Shown here: positions 45,419 through 56,166 of the stretch, one piece after another
Layout of the letters: the number at the start of each line of letters is the position of its first letter
Numbering within the stretch: position 1 is the stretch's first letter
NCBI GenBank assembly: GCA_963838545.1
Contig: CAWIRL010000010.1
Location: forward strand, 48,639 to 112,638
DNA length: 64,000 nt
DNA from: an uncultured Acidobacteriota bacterium
GTDB taxonomy: Bacteria; Acidobacteriota; Terriglobia; Acidiferrales; UBA7541
Reading direction: 5' to 3'
The notes under the pieces: generated by a model
Told to the model about the DNA's origin: nothing
What the model saw: the letters and a program-made list of their open reading frames with translations, nothing else
Database searches by the model: none
Position numbers and translations under genes: made by a program

Positions 45419-47590
45419 TTGAAAGCACAGCACGCATTGGCGGCGTCACGTAAAAGCCGGCGGAGCTGCGCCGGACGGCAATGGGCGCGGCCTCGTCTCG
45501 CGAACCAATTCACGTTGTTGCACCGCGCCGCGCTGCAACGCACCTTGCTCCTGTTTGCCTGGCTTTTGCGCAGCAGGCTCCGGCAGTTCCGCGCCGCCGT
45601 GTTGTTGGCCATGCTCATATCGGCAGCCGCGCCGGCGGGGGCGCAGCAATCCTCCGTTGATCTCGCCGGCAAAAGCCTCGAAGACTTGATGAACACCGAA
45701 GTGATGTCCGCCTCGAAAAAAGAACAAAAGCTTTCGCAAGTCCCCGCGGCCATGTTCGTGATCACTCAGGAAGATATCCGCCGCTCCGACGCCACGAATA
45801 TTCCCGACCTGCTGCGCATGGTCCCGGGCGTGAACGTGGCGCAGATCAACGCCAACACCTGGGCCATCAGCGCGCGCGGGTTCAATGAGGAATTCTCCGA
45901 CAAATTACTCGTGCTGCTGGACGGCCGCGCCGTTTACACGCCCACCTTTTCCGGCGTCTATTGGGACACGCTCGACGTTCCGCTCGAAGATATTGACCGC
46001 ATCGAAGTAATCCGCGGCCCCGGCGCCACCATTTGGGACGTCAATGCCGTCAACGGCGTCATCAATATCCTTACCAAAAAAGCCGGCGACACTCGCGGCG
46101 GCTTCCTCAGCGCCGGATTCGGCACGCAGGCGCAGGGCCTCGGCACCGCGCAATACGGCGCACCCATCGGCGCGAAAGCCGACTACCGCATTTTCGCCAA
46201 ATACGCCAACGTCAGCGATTTTCCCGGCATTTCCGGCCAGCCCACGGAAGATGCCTGGCACCTGCTGCGCGCCGGCGCGCGCCTCGACGCGCAGCTTTCC
46301 GCCAAAGACTCGCTCACTCTGCTCGGCGACATTTACACCGGCGAAGAAGGCACCATCCGCGAGGACATCATTTCCATTTCGCCGCCGCTGAATGGCGTCG
46401 CGAACACCATCACGCATGTTTCCGGTGGAGACATCGTCGCGCGCTGGACGCAAACGCAATCCGAGCGTTCCGAGACTTCGCTGCTTCTCTATTACGATTA
46501 TGACGAGCGCAGCTCTCAGGACGCCATTCACGAGGACCGCAGCACCTACGACGTCGAATTCCAGCATCACCTGCAAATTTCCCCGCGCAACGACCTCGTC
46601 TGGGGCGTTTCTTACAGAAATTCCCGCGCCACGACGCAAGGCAATCTGAATTTCTCGTTCGATCCCGCCGCGCACACCAGCCAATTCTTCAGCGTCTTCG
46701 CTCAGGACGAAATCACCGTCGTAAAAGACCGCCTGCTCTTGACCATCGGCGCGCGTTGGGGCTGGGAGGATTACACCGGCGATAGCCTGCAACCCGCCGC
46801 GCGAATTCTGTGGACGCCCACTGCCGGCCAGGCGCTCTGGTTCGGCGTCTCCCACGCGCATCGCACTCCTTCTTTCCTGGAGACTTCCGGGCGCCAGAAC
46901 ATTTCCGCCTTCACCGGTCCAGGCGGCGTCCCGGCGCTCGAAAGCGAAATCGGAAATCCGCATCAGAAAGACGAATCGTTAGTCGCGTGGGAAATCGGCT
47001 ACCGCCGGCAACTTTCGAAACGCGCCTCGCTCGATCTCGCCGCGTTTTTCAATCGCTATTCGCATATCGGCAGCGTCGAGCCGCAAGATTCTTTCACCGA
47101 GTCTGCTCCTCCTCCGCTCCATTTGGTATTTCCGTTCCGTAACGCCAACGGCCTCCACGGAGAAACGCACGGCATCGAACTCGCCGCCAACTGGCAAGTC
47201 ACCGCGCGATGGTCTCTGCGCCCCATTTACTCCCTGCTCGAAATGCACATGCATCGCGATCCCACCAGTCTCGATTTCGATACCGCGCCGGAAATCGAAG
47301 GCAGCGATCCCCGCCAGCGCGCCGGCCTGCAATCGCATGTCAATTTCGGCCACGGCTTCAGTTGGGATGCCTCCGCCAATTTCGTCGATCGTCTGCGCGC
47401 CCAGCGCGTTCCTGCGTATACGCGCCTCGATACCGGCCTGCTCTGGCAGGTGCGCGAGCGATTTACGCTCACCGTCGCCGGTCAAAATCTGTTGCGCGAC
47501 CATCACGCCGAGTTCAGCGATCTTTTCGGGGACAGCATTCCGGATGAAATCAAGCGAAGCGCTTACGTCAAGCTGGCCTGGCGCTTCTGA
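45419..47590 (+). CDS. TonB-dependent receptor (plug plus beta-barrel)
   Basis: 723-aa ORF. An in-frame TTG at 45566 (MRSRLRQFRAAVLLAMLISAAAPAGAQQ) gives a better signal peptide than the listed start. Plug 'SLEDLMNTEVMSASKKEQKLSQVPAAMFVITQEDIRRSDATNIPDLLRMVPG', 'IEVIRGPGATIW', C-terminal 'SAYVKLAWRF'. Confidence 0.85.
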   Translation: MKAQHALAASRKSRRSCAGRQWARPRLANQFTLLHRAALQRTLLLFAWLLRSRLRQFRAAVLLAMLISAAAPAGAQQSSVDLAGKSLEDLMNTEVMSASKKEQKLSQVPAAMFVITQEDIRRSDATNIPDLLRMVPGVNVAQINANTWAISARGFNEEFSDKLLVLLDGRAVYTPTFSGVYWDTLDVPLEDIDRIEVIRGPGATIWDVNAVNGVINILTKKAGDTRGGFLSAGFGTQAQGLGTAQYGAPIGAKADYRIFAKYANVSDFPGISGQPTEDAWHLLRAGARLDAQLSAKDSLTLLGDIYTGEEGTIREDIISISPPLNGVANTITHVSGGDIVARWTQTQSERSETSLLLYYDYDERSSQDAIHEDRSTYDVEFQHHLQISPRNDLVWGVSYRNSRATTQGNLNFSFDPAAHTSQFFSVFAQDEITVVKDRLLLTIGARWGWEDYTGDSLQPAARILWTPTAGQALWFGVSHAHRTPSFLETSGRQNISAFTGPGGVPALESEIGNPHQKDESLVAWEIGYRRQLSKRASLDLAAFFNRYSHIGSVEPQDSFTESAPPPLHLVFPFRNANGLHGETHGIELAANWQVTARWSLRPIYSLLEMHMHRDPTSLDFDTAPEIEGSDPRQRAGLQSHVNFGHGFSWDASANFVDRLRAQRVPAYTRLDTGLLWQVRERFTLTVAGQNLLRDHHAEFSDLFGDSIPDEIKRSAYVKLAWRF

Positions 47591-47593
47591 AAA

Positions 47594-48283
47594 ATGGGCG
47601 TGGCGAAAATAAACGACTGCCGGAATCCACGAATCTCGAAAGCGGCCGCCGCTTCTCGCTCGCGCGCCGTCGTTCGTGCGTCGCTGCTCAGCGCCCCGCT
47701 GCTCAGCGCCCCTGTGCTGGCCGCCGCGCTGCTCGCCGCCGCGCTGTGCATCGCCGTTCGGCCGCTGACTTCTTTCGCCGATGGCGGCGCCGAGCAGGCG
47801 CCCACCGAATATCAGGTGAAGGCCGCGTTTCTTTTCAATTTTGCGCGCTTCGTCGAATGGCCGCCGCGCGCCTTCGCCTCTCCCACTTCGCCGATCGGCG
47901 TCTGTGTGCTCGGCGAGGATCCTTTCGGGGAGGCGCTGAACCGCGTCGTCGCCGGAAAAATGCTCAACGACCGCACGCTGATGGTCGTCCGCGCCAAAAA
48001 ACTTCGCGAGCTCAGCGGCTGCGAAATTCTTTTCATCAGTTCTTCGGAGCGCCAACGCTTGCCGGAAATTCTCGAGGAATTGCGCCATGCGCCCGTGCTC
48101 ACCGTCGGCGAGACCGAAGGCTTCGCTTCGCGCGGCGGCGAAGTGCAATTCACTCTCGAAGAAAGCCGCGTGCATTTCCTGATCAATGTGGATGCCGCCG
48201 AGCGCGCCGGCCTGAAAGTCAGCTCCAAGCTGCTGAACCTCGCGCGCGTGGTGCACGACGATCCGCCGCGAAAGAAGGACTAA
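47594..48283 (+). CDS. YfiR-like periplasmic protein (DUF4154 family)
   Basis: 229 aa with a signal peptide. '[19 protein letters not shown]', 'CEILFISSS', '[16 protein letters not shown]', '[27 protein letters not shown]'. It starts 3 nt after the receptor stop. Confidence 0.8.
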   Translation: MGVAKINDCRNPRISKAAAASRSRAVVRASLLSAPLLSAPVLAAALLAAALCIAVRPLTSFADGGAEQAPTEYQVKAAFLFNFARFVEWPPRAFASPTSPIGVCVLGEDPFGEALNRVVAGKMLNDRTLMVVRAKKLRELSGCEILFISSSERQRLPEILEELRHAPVLTVGETEGFASRGGEVQFTLEESRVHFLINVDAAERAGLKVSSKLLNLARVVHDDPPRKKD

Positions 48284-48284
48284 T

Positions 48285-51200
48285 ATGAACTGGATGCGCC
48301 AGCGTTCCATACGCCAGAAATTAACCCTCATCGTCATGGCCACCTGCGCCGCCGCGCTCATCCTCGCCGGCAGCGCTCTCGCCGGATACGACCATTACGC
48401 CTTCCGCCGCGAAATGGTCCGCGAGCTGGAAACTCTGGCGCAAATTACCAGTTCCAATAGCTCCGCGGCCCTGGCCTTCAATGACACCAGCGCGGCGGAA
48501 GAAATTCTCGGGGCGCTCGCGGCGCAAAAGCAGATCGTTCATGCCTGCCTCTATGCCCGCAACGGCAAGCCCTTCGCCACGTACTCGCGCTCCGGCAGCG
48601 GGAAGGATTTCCAGCCGCCCGCGGCGGAGCCCGGCGGCAGCCGCTTCACCTCCGGCCGCCTCATCGCCTTCCAGAAAGTGACGGTGCAGGAAGAATCGGT
48701 GGGAACGCTCTACCTCGAATCCGATCTGGAAGGCGCCCGCGCGCATTTAATGCGCAATATCGCCGCCATGGCCGCGGTGCTCTTGATTTCCATTATCGCC
48801 GCTTACCTTCTGGGCTCGCGTCTCCAGGAAACCATTTCGGGGCCGGTGCTGGAACTCGCGCGCACCGCTTTCGCCGTGACCATGGAGAACGACTACACCA
48901 TTCGCGCGCAGAAGACCACCCAGGACGAAATTGGCTTCCTTTACGAACAGTTCAACGAAATGCTGGATCGCATCCAGCAGCGCGATGTCGAGCTAAAGCA
49001 GCACCGCGCCGATCTGGAGCAGCGCGTCGCCGATCGCACCGCCGATCTCCGCCATAAAGTCGCCGAAGTCCAGGCCGCCGAAGAAGCCGTGCGCAAAGGA
49101 AAGGAGCGCCTGCAGGCGGTGCTCGAGTCGGTGGACGACATCGTCATGGAGGTTGACGGCGAGTGCACCTACATCAACGTCTGGAACCAGCGTAACGACC
49201 TGCTGCTGAAGCCTCGCGAGGAGCTACTCGGGCGAAAAGTGGGCGAGTTTCTGCCGGAGGAGATCACCGGGCGGATCTTCGAAGCCATTCGCCGCACGCT
49301 GCTGACCGGAAAAACCGAAATCGTCGAGTATCCGAAGGCCCTGGCGGCCGGCGAGCGCTGGTTCGCCGCGCGCTTGACGCGTATTCCCGCCGAGGCAGGT
49401 GTGCAGCCCACCATCTGCGCCGTCGTGCGCGACATTACCGAGAGCCGCAACGCTGCCCAGGAACTCCAGCGCGCCAAGGAAGCCGCCGAAGCCGCCAGCG
49501 ACGCCAAGAGCGAATTCCTCGCCAACATGAGCCACGAAATTCGCACGCCCATGAACGGCATTCTCGGCATGACCGAGCTCACTCTCGACACCGAATTGAC
49601 CCGCGAGCAGCGGGAGTATCTCAAGACCGTCAAAAATTCCGCCGACGCGCTTCTCATGGTCATCAACGACATTCTCGACTTCTCCAAAATCGAAGCGGGC
49701 AAGCTCGAGTTCGAGCGCGTTGATTTCAATTTGTGGGTCTCGCTCGGCGAAACCATGGAGGCCCTCGCTCTGCGCGCTCACCAGCGCGGGCTCGAATTCG
49801 CCTGCCGCATTCGCCCCGACGTGGATCAGTGGGTCACCGGCGATCCCGGCCGCCTGCGCCAGGTGCTTGTGAATTTGATCGGCAACGCCATCAAGTTCAC
49901 CGAGAGCGGCGAAGTGGTCCTCGAAGTCGCCAAAGATGGCGACGACGCCGCGGGCGCGCTGCTGCATTTCGCCGTCCGCGACACCGGCATCGGCATCCCC
50001 AAAGAAAAACAAAGTCTGATCTTCGGCGCCTTTACCCAAGCCGATAGCTCCATGTCCCGCCGCTACGGCGGCACCGGCTTGGGCCTGGCCATCACTCATC
50101 GCCTAGTGGAAATGATGGGCGGGCGCATCTGGGTGGAAAGCGAGCCGGGACACGGCAGTACTTTTCATTTCACCGCGCGCTTCGGCCGCGCTCTGCCGCA
50201 GGAAATTCCCGCGCATCGCGGCAAGCCTGAGAAGCTTCGCGGCCGCCGCGTTCTGATCGTTGACGACAATGAATCCGTCCGCGACATTCTCGAGGAAATC
50301 TTTACCGCCTGGCGCATGCTGCCCACCGCGGTCGGCGACGCTGCCGCGGCCATTCGCGAACTCGAACTCGATCCGCAAACGCGCTCGCCGTTTGCACTCG
50401 TGGTCGCCGATGCGCAGATGCCCGGCGGGGGCGGTTTCGATCTGGCTCGCGAAATTCAGCGCCGCTTCGGCTCGCGCGCGCCCAAGTTTGTGATGCTCAG
50501 CTCCACCGCAAAAAGCGAACTGGCATCCGCTGAGCGCAGGCAGGGAATTGACGCGTTTATTTCCAAGCCCATCCAGCAATCCCAATTGCTCGATACCCTC
50601 CAGGACATTTTTGATCCGGCATTCGAGGAGCCGCACGACGCCGCGCCGGCGCCAACGCGCGCGCCGGAAGAAGGGAGCCCGCGAATGAGAATTCTGCTGG
50701 CGGAAGACAACGCGGTGAACCGGCTGGTCGCCACTCGCTTGCTCGAAAAGGGCGGATACGACGTGATCGTCGCGGAGAACGGCCGCGAAGCCGTCGAGCT
50801 GGCGGCGCAGGGAAATATTCAGCTCGTGCTCATGGACGTGCAGATGCCGGAAATGGACGGCTTCGAAGCCACGCATGCTATCCGCGATCGCGAACGCGAA
50901 TCAGGAGCGCACCTGACCATCGTCGCCATGACCGCGCACGCCATGAAAGGCGACCGCGAACGGTGTCTCGCCGCCGGCATGGATGACTACCTCACGAAAC
51001 CCATCCGCAGCGCCGATCTCTACGAAATGCTCCGGCAGCACACTTCAAGCAGCTCTCCAAAATTGCCGAAAATGCCTGAGCTCGAGCGCGTCTCGGGATT
51101 GCAGGTCTGGGATCTCGAGAAAGCCCTGGGGCGCGTCGGCGGAGACCGCGACCTGCTCGGCGAGCTGATGCTCATTTACGAAAGGGAATGTCCGAAATTG

Positions 51201-51446
51201 CTCGCGGCCATAGGCTCCGCAATCGTGCGCGGCGATTCTGCCGCTCTCGAATTGAACGCGCACGGCTTGAAGGGCGCATCCAGCAATTTTTCCGCCGGGC
51301 CCGCGGCGGATCGCGCGCGCGAACTCGAAATGATGGGGCGCAACGCGCAGCTCGAAGGCGCCGCCGAAACGCTGGCTCGCCTCGAAACGGAAATCGCACG
51401 TCTGCTCGCTGAATTCGAGACGTTCCCGAGGAAAGTGGCCACCTGA
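48285..51446 (+). CDS. Hybrid sensor histidine kinase: TM, CHASE8-like periplasmic domain, TM, HAMP, PAS, HisKA, HATPase, REC, REC, Hpt
   Basis: 1053 aa. CHASE8-like '[76 protein letters not shown]'. '[22 protein letters not shown]', '[35 protein letters not shown]'. Receivers '[20 protein letters not shown]' and '[23 protein letters not shown]'. Hpt '[14 protein letters not shown]'. Confidence 0.9.
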   Translation: MNWMRQRSIRQKLTLIVMATCAAALILAGSALAGYDHYAFRREMVRELETLAQITSSNSSAALAFNDTSAAEEILGALAAQKQIVHACLYARNGKPFATYSRSGSGKDFQPPAAEPGGSRFTSGRLIAFQKVTVQEESVGTLYLESDLEGARAHLMRNIAAMAAVLLISIIAAYLLGSRLQETISGPVLELARTAFAVTMENDYTIRAQKTTQDEIGFLYEQFNEMLDRIQQRDVELKQHRADLEQRVADRTADLRHKVAEVQAAEEAVRKGKERLQAVLESVDDIVMEVDGECTYINVWNQRNDLLLKPREELLGRKVGEFLPEEITGRIFEAIRRTLLTGKTEIVEYPKALAAGERWFAARLTRIPAEAGVQPTICAVVRDITESRNAAQELQRAKEAAEAASDAKSEFLANMSHEIRTPMNGILGMTELTLDTELTREQREYLKTVKNSADALLMVINDILDFSKIEAGKLEFERVDFNLWVSLGETMEALALRAHQRGLEFACRIRPDVDQWVTGDPGRLRQVLVNLIGNAIKFTESGEVVLEVAKDGDDAAGALLHFAVRDTGIGIPKEKQSLIFGAFTQADSSMSRRYGGTGLGLAITHRLVEMMGGRIWVESEPGHGSTFHFTARFGRALPQEIPAHRGKPEKLRGRRVLIVDDNESVRDILEEIFTAWRMLPTAVGDAAAAIRELELDPQTRSPFALVVADAQMPGGGGFDLAREIQRRFGSRAPKFVMLSSTAKSELASAERRQGIDAFISKPIQQSQLLDTLQDIFDPAFEEPHDAAPAPTRAPEEGSPRMRILLAEDNAVNRLVATRLLEKGGYDVIVAENGREAVELAAQGNIQLVLMDVQMPEMDGFEATHAIRDRERESGAHLTIVAMTAHAMKGDRERCLAAGMDDYLTKPIRSADLYEMLRQHTSSSSPKLPKMPELERVSGLQVWDLEKALGRVGGDRDLLGELMLIYERECPKLLAAIGSAIVRGDSAALELNAHGLKGASSNFSAGPAADRARELEMMGRNAQLEGAAETLARLETEIARLLAEFETFPRKVAT

Positions 51447-53599
51447 TGCCGCAGCCCGGCAAATTTCGGAGCGCGCTCGCCGATTGGCGCGGCCGCAATG
51501 GCCCGCAGCGGCTGGCCATGGGCATCGCTTTCGTGTTTGTCTATCTGCTTCTCGATCGCTCGACGGTTTACTTTCAGCTCTGGTCCGGCATCAGCGCCTG
51601 GTATCCGCCGGTGGGAATGGCTCTGGCTCTTCTCACCGATCTCGGTCTCTCATTCGCTCCCTGGTTTCTTTTGGCCGGCTGCCTGGCCGGAATCGTCAAC
51701 TATCACACCCCGGTGCTCTCCTACGGCTTCCTCTTTGAAAATCCGATGATCGTCGTGGGTTACACCATCACCGCCTGCCTTCTGCGCCGCAATCGCGCCA
51801 GCGGAGAAGGATTCCCGCGTCTGAACGGCGTCATCCGCTTCGTGCTGATTTCCACCTGCGGCTCGTTCGGAGTCGCTGCTCTGGGCGCCTGGGGAGTGCT
51901 GGCCGATGGCGGCATCACTCGGGCCGAATATCCCACGGCGCTGCTGAATTGGTGGGCGGGCGATGCCGTCGCGATGATCTGCCTCACGCCCTTTCTGCTC
52001 GTGCACGTCACGCCGCGCCTCGCGGAGTTCGCCGGGAAAAGCACTCGCAGCGATCGCGCTCAAAATCGCCACGAAGCAATTCCGGCCGCAAGCTCGCCCC
52101 GCGAAAATTGCATTCATTGCATTGAGACCGCCGGGCAAACCACCTCCATTTTCCTCGCCGTGTGGATCGTGTTCGGCTGGAACCTGGCCCGCAGCTATGA
52201 ATTCTTCTATCTCTTTTTTCTGCCGATTATATGGATTGCCGTGCGCCGCGGGCTCGGCGGAGCGTCTGCGGGAATCCTGGCTCTGAATTTCGGCGTCATG
52301 CTCATCCTCAGCCAGTTCCCGGACGATCGCCACCGCCTGGCGCTGATGCAGGTCCTCATGCTCATCGTTTCATTGACCGGCCTCAGCCTCGGCGCGCTCG
52401 TCAGCGAAACGAAAAGAATTCACGCCCTGTTGCAGGAGCGCGAAGAGCGCTTCCGCCTCGGTTTCGAGGAAGGCCCCGTAGGCATGGCCATGGTGGACCG
52501 CGACCTGAAATTCGTAAACGTGAACCGCGCCTACGCCGAAATGCTCGGCTATACGCCGGAGGAAATGCGCGCCCTCACCGTTCTCGACATCACTCATCCC
52601 GCCGACGTTGACCAGCAAGTTCCGCGAGCCGGCTACATGTTGCGCGGCGAAATGGAACGCTTCCGCATCGAGAAGCGCTACTTCAAAAAGTCCGGCGAAA
52701 TCGTCTGGGTAGACGTCGCCGCTGGACTCATCCGCGACGCCGCCGGAAACGCCCTCTACGGTTTCGGCGTCGCCCAGAACATCACCGAGCGCAAACACGC
52801 CGAAGCCGAACTCCTGCGCGCAAAGGAAGCCGCCGAATCCGCCAATCGCGCCAAAAGCGAATTCCTCGCCAACATGTCCCACGAAATCCGCACGCCCATG
52901 AACGGCATCCTCGGCATGGCCGAACTCGCTCTCGATACTCCCCTCAACGATGAGCAATCCGAATATCTCCGCAACGTCCAGATCTGCGGCGAAACCCTCC
53001 TCACCCTCCTCAACGACATTCTCGATTTCTCCAAAATCGAGGCCGGCAAGCTCGAGCTCAACTCCGAACCCTTCAATATTCGTGAAGCCATCACCAACGT
53101 CTACAAATTACTCGCCCCTCGCGCGCAGCAGAAAAGCATCCGCATTTCCTGCCGCGCCGCGGAAAATCTTCCCCCCTCCGCCGTCGGCGATGCCATGCGC
53201 CTCAAGCAAGTGCTCACCAATCTCCTCGGCAACGCCATCAAATTCACCCTCAAAGGCCACATCGCCGTCAACGCCGCCATCGAAAGCGCCGATCCCGATT
53301 CCTTCCTCGTGCACTTCTCCGTTCAGGATTCCGGCATCGGCATCGCCCCGGAAAAGCAAAAGCTCATCTTCGACGCCTTCACCCAAGCCGATAGTTCCAC
53401 CACTCGCCGCTTCGGCGGCACCGGCCTCGGTCTCACCATTTGCCGCCAGCTCGTGGAATTGATGGGCGGACGCATCTGGGTCGAAAGCACGCCCGAGCAG
53501 GGCAGCACCTTCCATTTCACCGCGCGATTCGGCCATTCCCAGGCAGACCGCGAACTTCACGCCGCCGTCGCAGGCGGAATTCAGGAGAAAACCGCATGA
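51446..53599 (+). CDS. Sensor histidine kinase with a MASE1-like membrane domain, PAS, HisKA, HATPase (no receiver)
   Basis: 717 aa. The ATG overlaps the previous stop (TGATG). Multi-TM N-terminus with '[15 protein letters not shown]'. PAS '[16 protein letters not shown]'. '[22 protein letters not shown]', '[35 protein letters not shown]'. Confidence 0.85.
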   Translation: MPQPGKFRSALADWRGRNGPQRLAMGIAFVFVYLLLDRSTVYFQLWSGISAWYPPVGMALALLTDLGLSFAPWFLLAGCLAGIVNYHTPVLSYGFLFENPMIVVGYTITACLLRRNRASGEGFPRLNGVIRFVLISTCGSFGVAALGAWGVLADGGITRAEYPTALLNWWAGDAVAMICLTPFLLVHVTPRLAEFAGKSTRSDRAQNRHEAIPAASSPRENCIHCIETAGQTTSIFLAVWIVFGWNLARSYEFFYLFFLPIIWIAVRRGLGGASAGILALNFGVMLILSQFPDDRHRLALMQVLMLIVSLTGLSLGALVSETKRIHALLQEREERFRLGFEEGPVGMAMVDRDLKFVNVNRAYAEMLGYTPEEMRALTVLDITHPADVDQQVPRAGYMLRGEMERFRIEKRYFKKSGEIVWVDVAAGLIRDAAGNALYGFGVAQNITERKHAEAELLRAKEAAESANRAKSEFLANMSHEIRTPMNGILGMAELALDTPLNDEQSEYLRNVQICGETLLTLLNDILDFSKIEAGKLELNSEPFNIREAITNVYKLLAPRAQQKSIRISCRAAENLPPSAVGDAMRLKQVLTNLLGNAIKFTLKGHIAVNAAIESADPDSFLVHFSVQDSGIGIAPEKQKLIFDAFTQADSSTTRRFGGTGLGLTICRQLVELMGGRIWVESTPEQGSTFHFTARFGHSQADRELHAAVAGGIQEKTA

Positions 53600-54591
53600 A
53601 CGCCGAAGTCACTCCCAATAGCACCAACATCCTTGTCGCCGAAGACGATCTCGTTTCCCGCCGCGTCCTCGAAGTGTTTCTCGCTCGCTGGGGTTACCGC
53701 GTCACTTCCGTTTCCAGCGGCGATGATGCCTGGCGCGTCCTCACTTCCGACGCTGCGCCTCGTCTCGCCATCCTCGACTGGATGATGCCCGGCATGGAAG
53801 GCGTGGAAGTCTGCGCCAAGCTCCGCGAGCGCAAGGACAAGCCCTACACCTACGTCATGCTTCTCAGCTCCCGCACCGAGAAAAAGGATATCCTTCAGGG
53901 TCTCCAGGCGGGCGCCGACGATTACATCACCAAGCCCTTCGACGCCGAAGAGCTCCAGGCCCGCCTCTTCGTCGGCGAGCGCATCCTCCATCTTCAGGAC
54001 GAACTCATCTCCGCCCGCGACGCCCTGCAATTCCAAGCCACCCACGATCCCCTCACCGGCATCGCCAATCGCGGCGAAATTCTCACTCAGGTCCAGCGCG
54101 AGATCGCCCGCTGCCAGCGCACCGGCAAATCCATCGGCCTCATTCTCGCCGACGTGGATCACTTCAAGAAAATCAACGACACGTACGGCCACCTGACCGG
54201 CGACGCCATTCTTCGCGGCGTCTCCATGCGCCTCACCGCTCTCCTGCGCACTTACGATTCCGTCGGCCGCTACGGCGGCGAGGAATTCGTTATCCTTACG
54301 CCGCTCTCCGATGCCGCCGGCACCGTCCGCGTCGCCGAAAGAATTCGCGCCGGCATCGAAGCCACGAAATTCGACACCGCCGCCGGAGAACTCCGCCTCA
54401 CCATGAGTTTCGGCGTCTCTTCCCGCGATGACGGCCACACTCGCGATACTGAAGCCCTCCTCCAGGCCGCCGATGCCGCGCTCTATCGCGCCAAAGCCGC
54501 CGGCCGCAATCGCGTCGAGCTGGCCACCTCCGCCGATTTCGAAAATCTGGTCCTCGCCGGACCGCCGCCCATTGACGCGCGCCGCCCCTGA
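53596..54591 (+). CDS. Response regulator-diguanylate cyclase (REC-GGDEF)
   Basis: The ATG at 53596 overlaps the kinase stop (ATGA), with AGGAG 9 nt upstream. REC '[32 protein letters not shown]'. GGDEF '[11 protein letters not shown]', '[17 protein letters not shown]' (GGEEF with an RxxD I-site 5 residues upstream). Confidence 0.9.
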   Translation: MNAEVTPNSTNILVAEDDLVSRRVLEVFLARWGYRVTSVSSGDDAWRVLTSDAAPRLAILDWMMPGMEGVEVCAKLRERKDKPYTYVMLLSSRTEKKDILQGLQAGADDYITKPFDAEELQARLFVGERILHLQDELISARDALQFQATHDPLTGIANRGEILTQVQREIARCQRTGKSIGLILADVDHFKKINDTYGHLTGDAILRGVSMRLTALLRTYDSVGRYGGEEFVILTPLSDAAGTVRVAERIRAGIEATKFDTAAGELRLTMSFGVSSRDDGHTRDTEALLQAADAALYRAKAAGRNRVELATSADFENLVLAGPPPIDARRP

Positions 54592-54812
54592 TCCCCGCGC
54601 GCCGCGGATCTCCATCGCTAGCAAATCAATCCGCCCTAAATCTCCACCCCGCGGCGCTGCTTGCGCCCGCGCCCCCGCCCGCACCATCGCAACATCAACT
54701 CCCCGCACCCGCCCTTTTCATGAGACATTTTCTCCAGCCGCGTGTTTAACAGGAAGCGTTCGACCGAGTGTTTCGAACAACTCGCGTCGCACGCAGACAA
54801 GGCCCGCATCCC

Positions 54813-55874
54813 ATGACCATCGCCACTCGCCGCCGCATCGCGATCATCAGCGTCATGGCGCTCCTCGCCGCCATCGCCTTCCATCGCGCCCATCTCTTCG
54901 CTGCCAATCGCGACGCCAATCGCGCGCAAAAAGCCGCCGAATCTTCCGCCTACGCCGCCGTCGCCGGCCCATTCGAAACCGCCGAAGAAAATGATCTCGT
55001 CCTCCGCGACGCCCAGCGCAACAAGTCCCTCCACATAAAAATCACCTATCCCACCAGCCCCGGCAAATTTCCGGTAATCATTTTCTCTCACGGTTTCGGC
55101 GGCTCCAAAGACACCTACGCCTCGCTCACTCAATACTGGTCCGCGCGCGGCTACATCGTCATCCAGCCCACTCACGACGATTCCATCGCCCAGCGCAAAT
55201 CCTCCGGCGAAATCCGCGGCCCGCTCGAAGGCCTCTCCACTCTCCGCGAAGATATCGCCGATCCCGCCGCCTGGCGCAATCGCACTCGCGATATTTCCTT
55301 CACCATCAATTCCCTCGACGAAATCGAGCGCCGCATCCCCGCCGCCTCCGGAAAATTCGATCGCACTCATATCGGCGTCGGCGGACATTCCTTCGGCGCG
55401 CTTACCACCGAGCTCATCGGCGGCCTCACCTTCACTCCGCCGGGCGCATCCCATCCCGAATCTCTCGCCGACCGCCGCGTCTCCGCTCTCCTCGTCCTCT
55501 CCGGCGCAGGTCCGCGCCAGCGCGGCGTCGAAGAATCTTCCTGGCAGAATATTGACGCGCCTCTCATGCTCATCACCGGCACCCGCGACATGGGCGTCGC
55601 AGGCCTCCGCCCCGATCAGCGCATCAAGCCCTACGAGCTGGTCCGCAGCGTCCACAAATTCGCCATCGTCCTCGACGGCGGCACGCACATGACCTTCACC
55701 GGCAATCCCGCAAAATCCGGCCGCGAGCCTGCCGTCCTCTTCGAAACAGTCCAGACAGCAACCACCGCCTTCTGGGACGCCTACCTAAAAAACAGCGAAA
55801 AAGCAGAAACCTATCTCCACTCCCCATCCCTGGTAGATTTCAGCCAAGGCAAAGCCAAACTAGACGCCCAATAA
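54813..55874 (+). CDS. Secreted alpha/beta hydrolase (PAF-acetylhydrolase / dienelactone hydrolase-like lipase-esterase)
   Basis: The ATG at 54813 gives an anchor/signal (IAIISVMALLAAIAF). 'PVIIFSHGFGGSKDTY', nucleophile elbow 'GVGGHSFGALT', and 'DGGTHMTF' near the C-terminus. Confidence 0.75.
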   Translation: MTIATRRRIAIISVMALLAAIAFHRAHLFAANRDANRAQKAAESSAYAAVAGPFETAEENDLVLRDAQRNKSLHIKITYPTSPGKFPVIIFSHGFGGSKDTYASLTQYWSARGYIVIQPTHDDSIAQRKSSGEIRGPLEGLSTLREDIADPAAWRNRTRDISFTINSLDEIERRIPAASGKFDRTHIGVGGHSFGALTTELIGGLTFTPPGASHPESLADRRVSALLVLSGAGPRQRGVEESSWQNIDAPLMLITGTRDMGVAGLRPDQRIKPYELVRSVHKFAIVLDGGTHMTFTGNPAKSGREPAVLFETVQTATTAFWDAYLKNSEKAETYLHSPSLVDFSQGKAKLDAQ

Positions 55875-55885
55875 TTCCGCGGAAG

Positions 55886-55950
55886 CAAAGGGTGCCTCCG
55901 CCTAGGCGGACGCCGCCGTTGCGCGTGGGGTTCTTGAATCTCCGGTGCTT
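55886..55950. repeat. REP-like element, family 2, copy 1 (carries a 14-bp perfect palindrome insertion)
   Basis: CAAAGGGTGCC[TCCGCCTAGGCGGA]CGCCGCCGTTGCGCGTGGGGTTCTTGAATCTCCGGTGCTT. TCCGCCTAGGCGGA (55897-55910) is its own reverse complement. Confidence 0.7.
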
Positions 55951-56048
55951 GAGCCGTGTCAGGACCGCCTTCAGCCACAAAGGTTTTGTCTAGCCTGTTC
56001 TCACGCTGGTCCATCACAGTTCGCGGAAAAATGTGCCGCGCAGCAAAA

Positions 56049-56105
56049 CAAAGGGTGCCCCATGCGCCGCCGTTGCGCGTGGGGTTCTTGAATCTGCGAT
56101 GCTTT
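56049..56105. repeat. REP-like element, family 2, copy 2
   Basis: CAAAGGGTGCCCCATGCGCCGCCGTTGCGCGTGGGGTTCTTGAATCTGCGATGCTTT. It shares the 34-nt core GCCGCCGTTGCGCGTGGGGTTCTTGAATCT with copy 1. Confidence 0.7.
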
Positions 56106-56166
56106 CCCCCCACAAATCAAATCCCCCCCACCCGCTACCATTGCGCTACCTTATTCCCCACCCCAA

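Noticed and set aside
46979-48361. 460-aa minus-strand ORF across the receptor/YfiR/kinase junctions. Similar long antisense ORFs occur at 53581..54708, 54636..55688, 31069..31998, 26347..27075, 35116..36213, 43127..44065, 44026..45069 and 4192..5298.
   Set aside because: All are antisense to genes with strong family motifs. They are Gly/Arg/Ala-rich and low-complexity, and they span gene boundaries of the sense strand. I treat them as GC-driven open frames, not genes.
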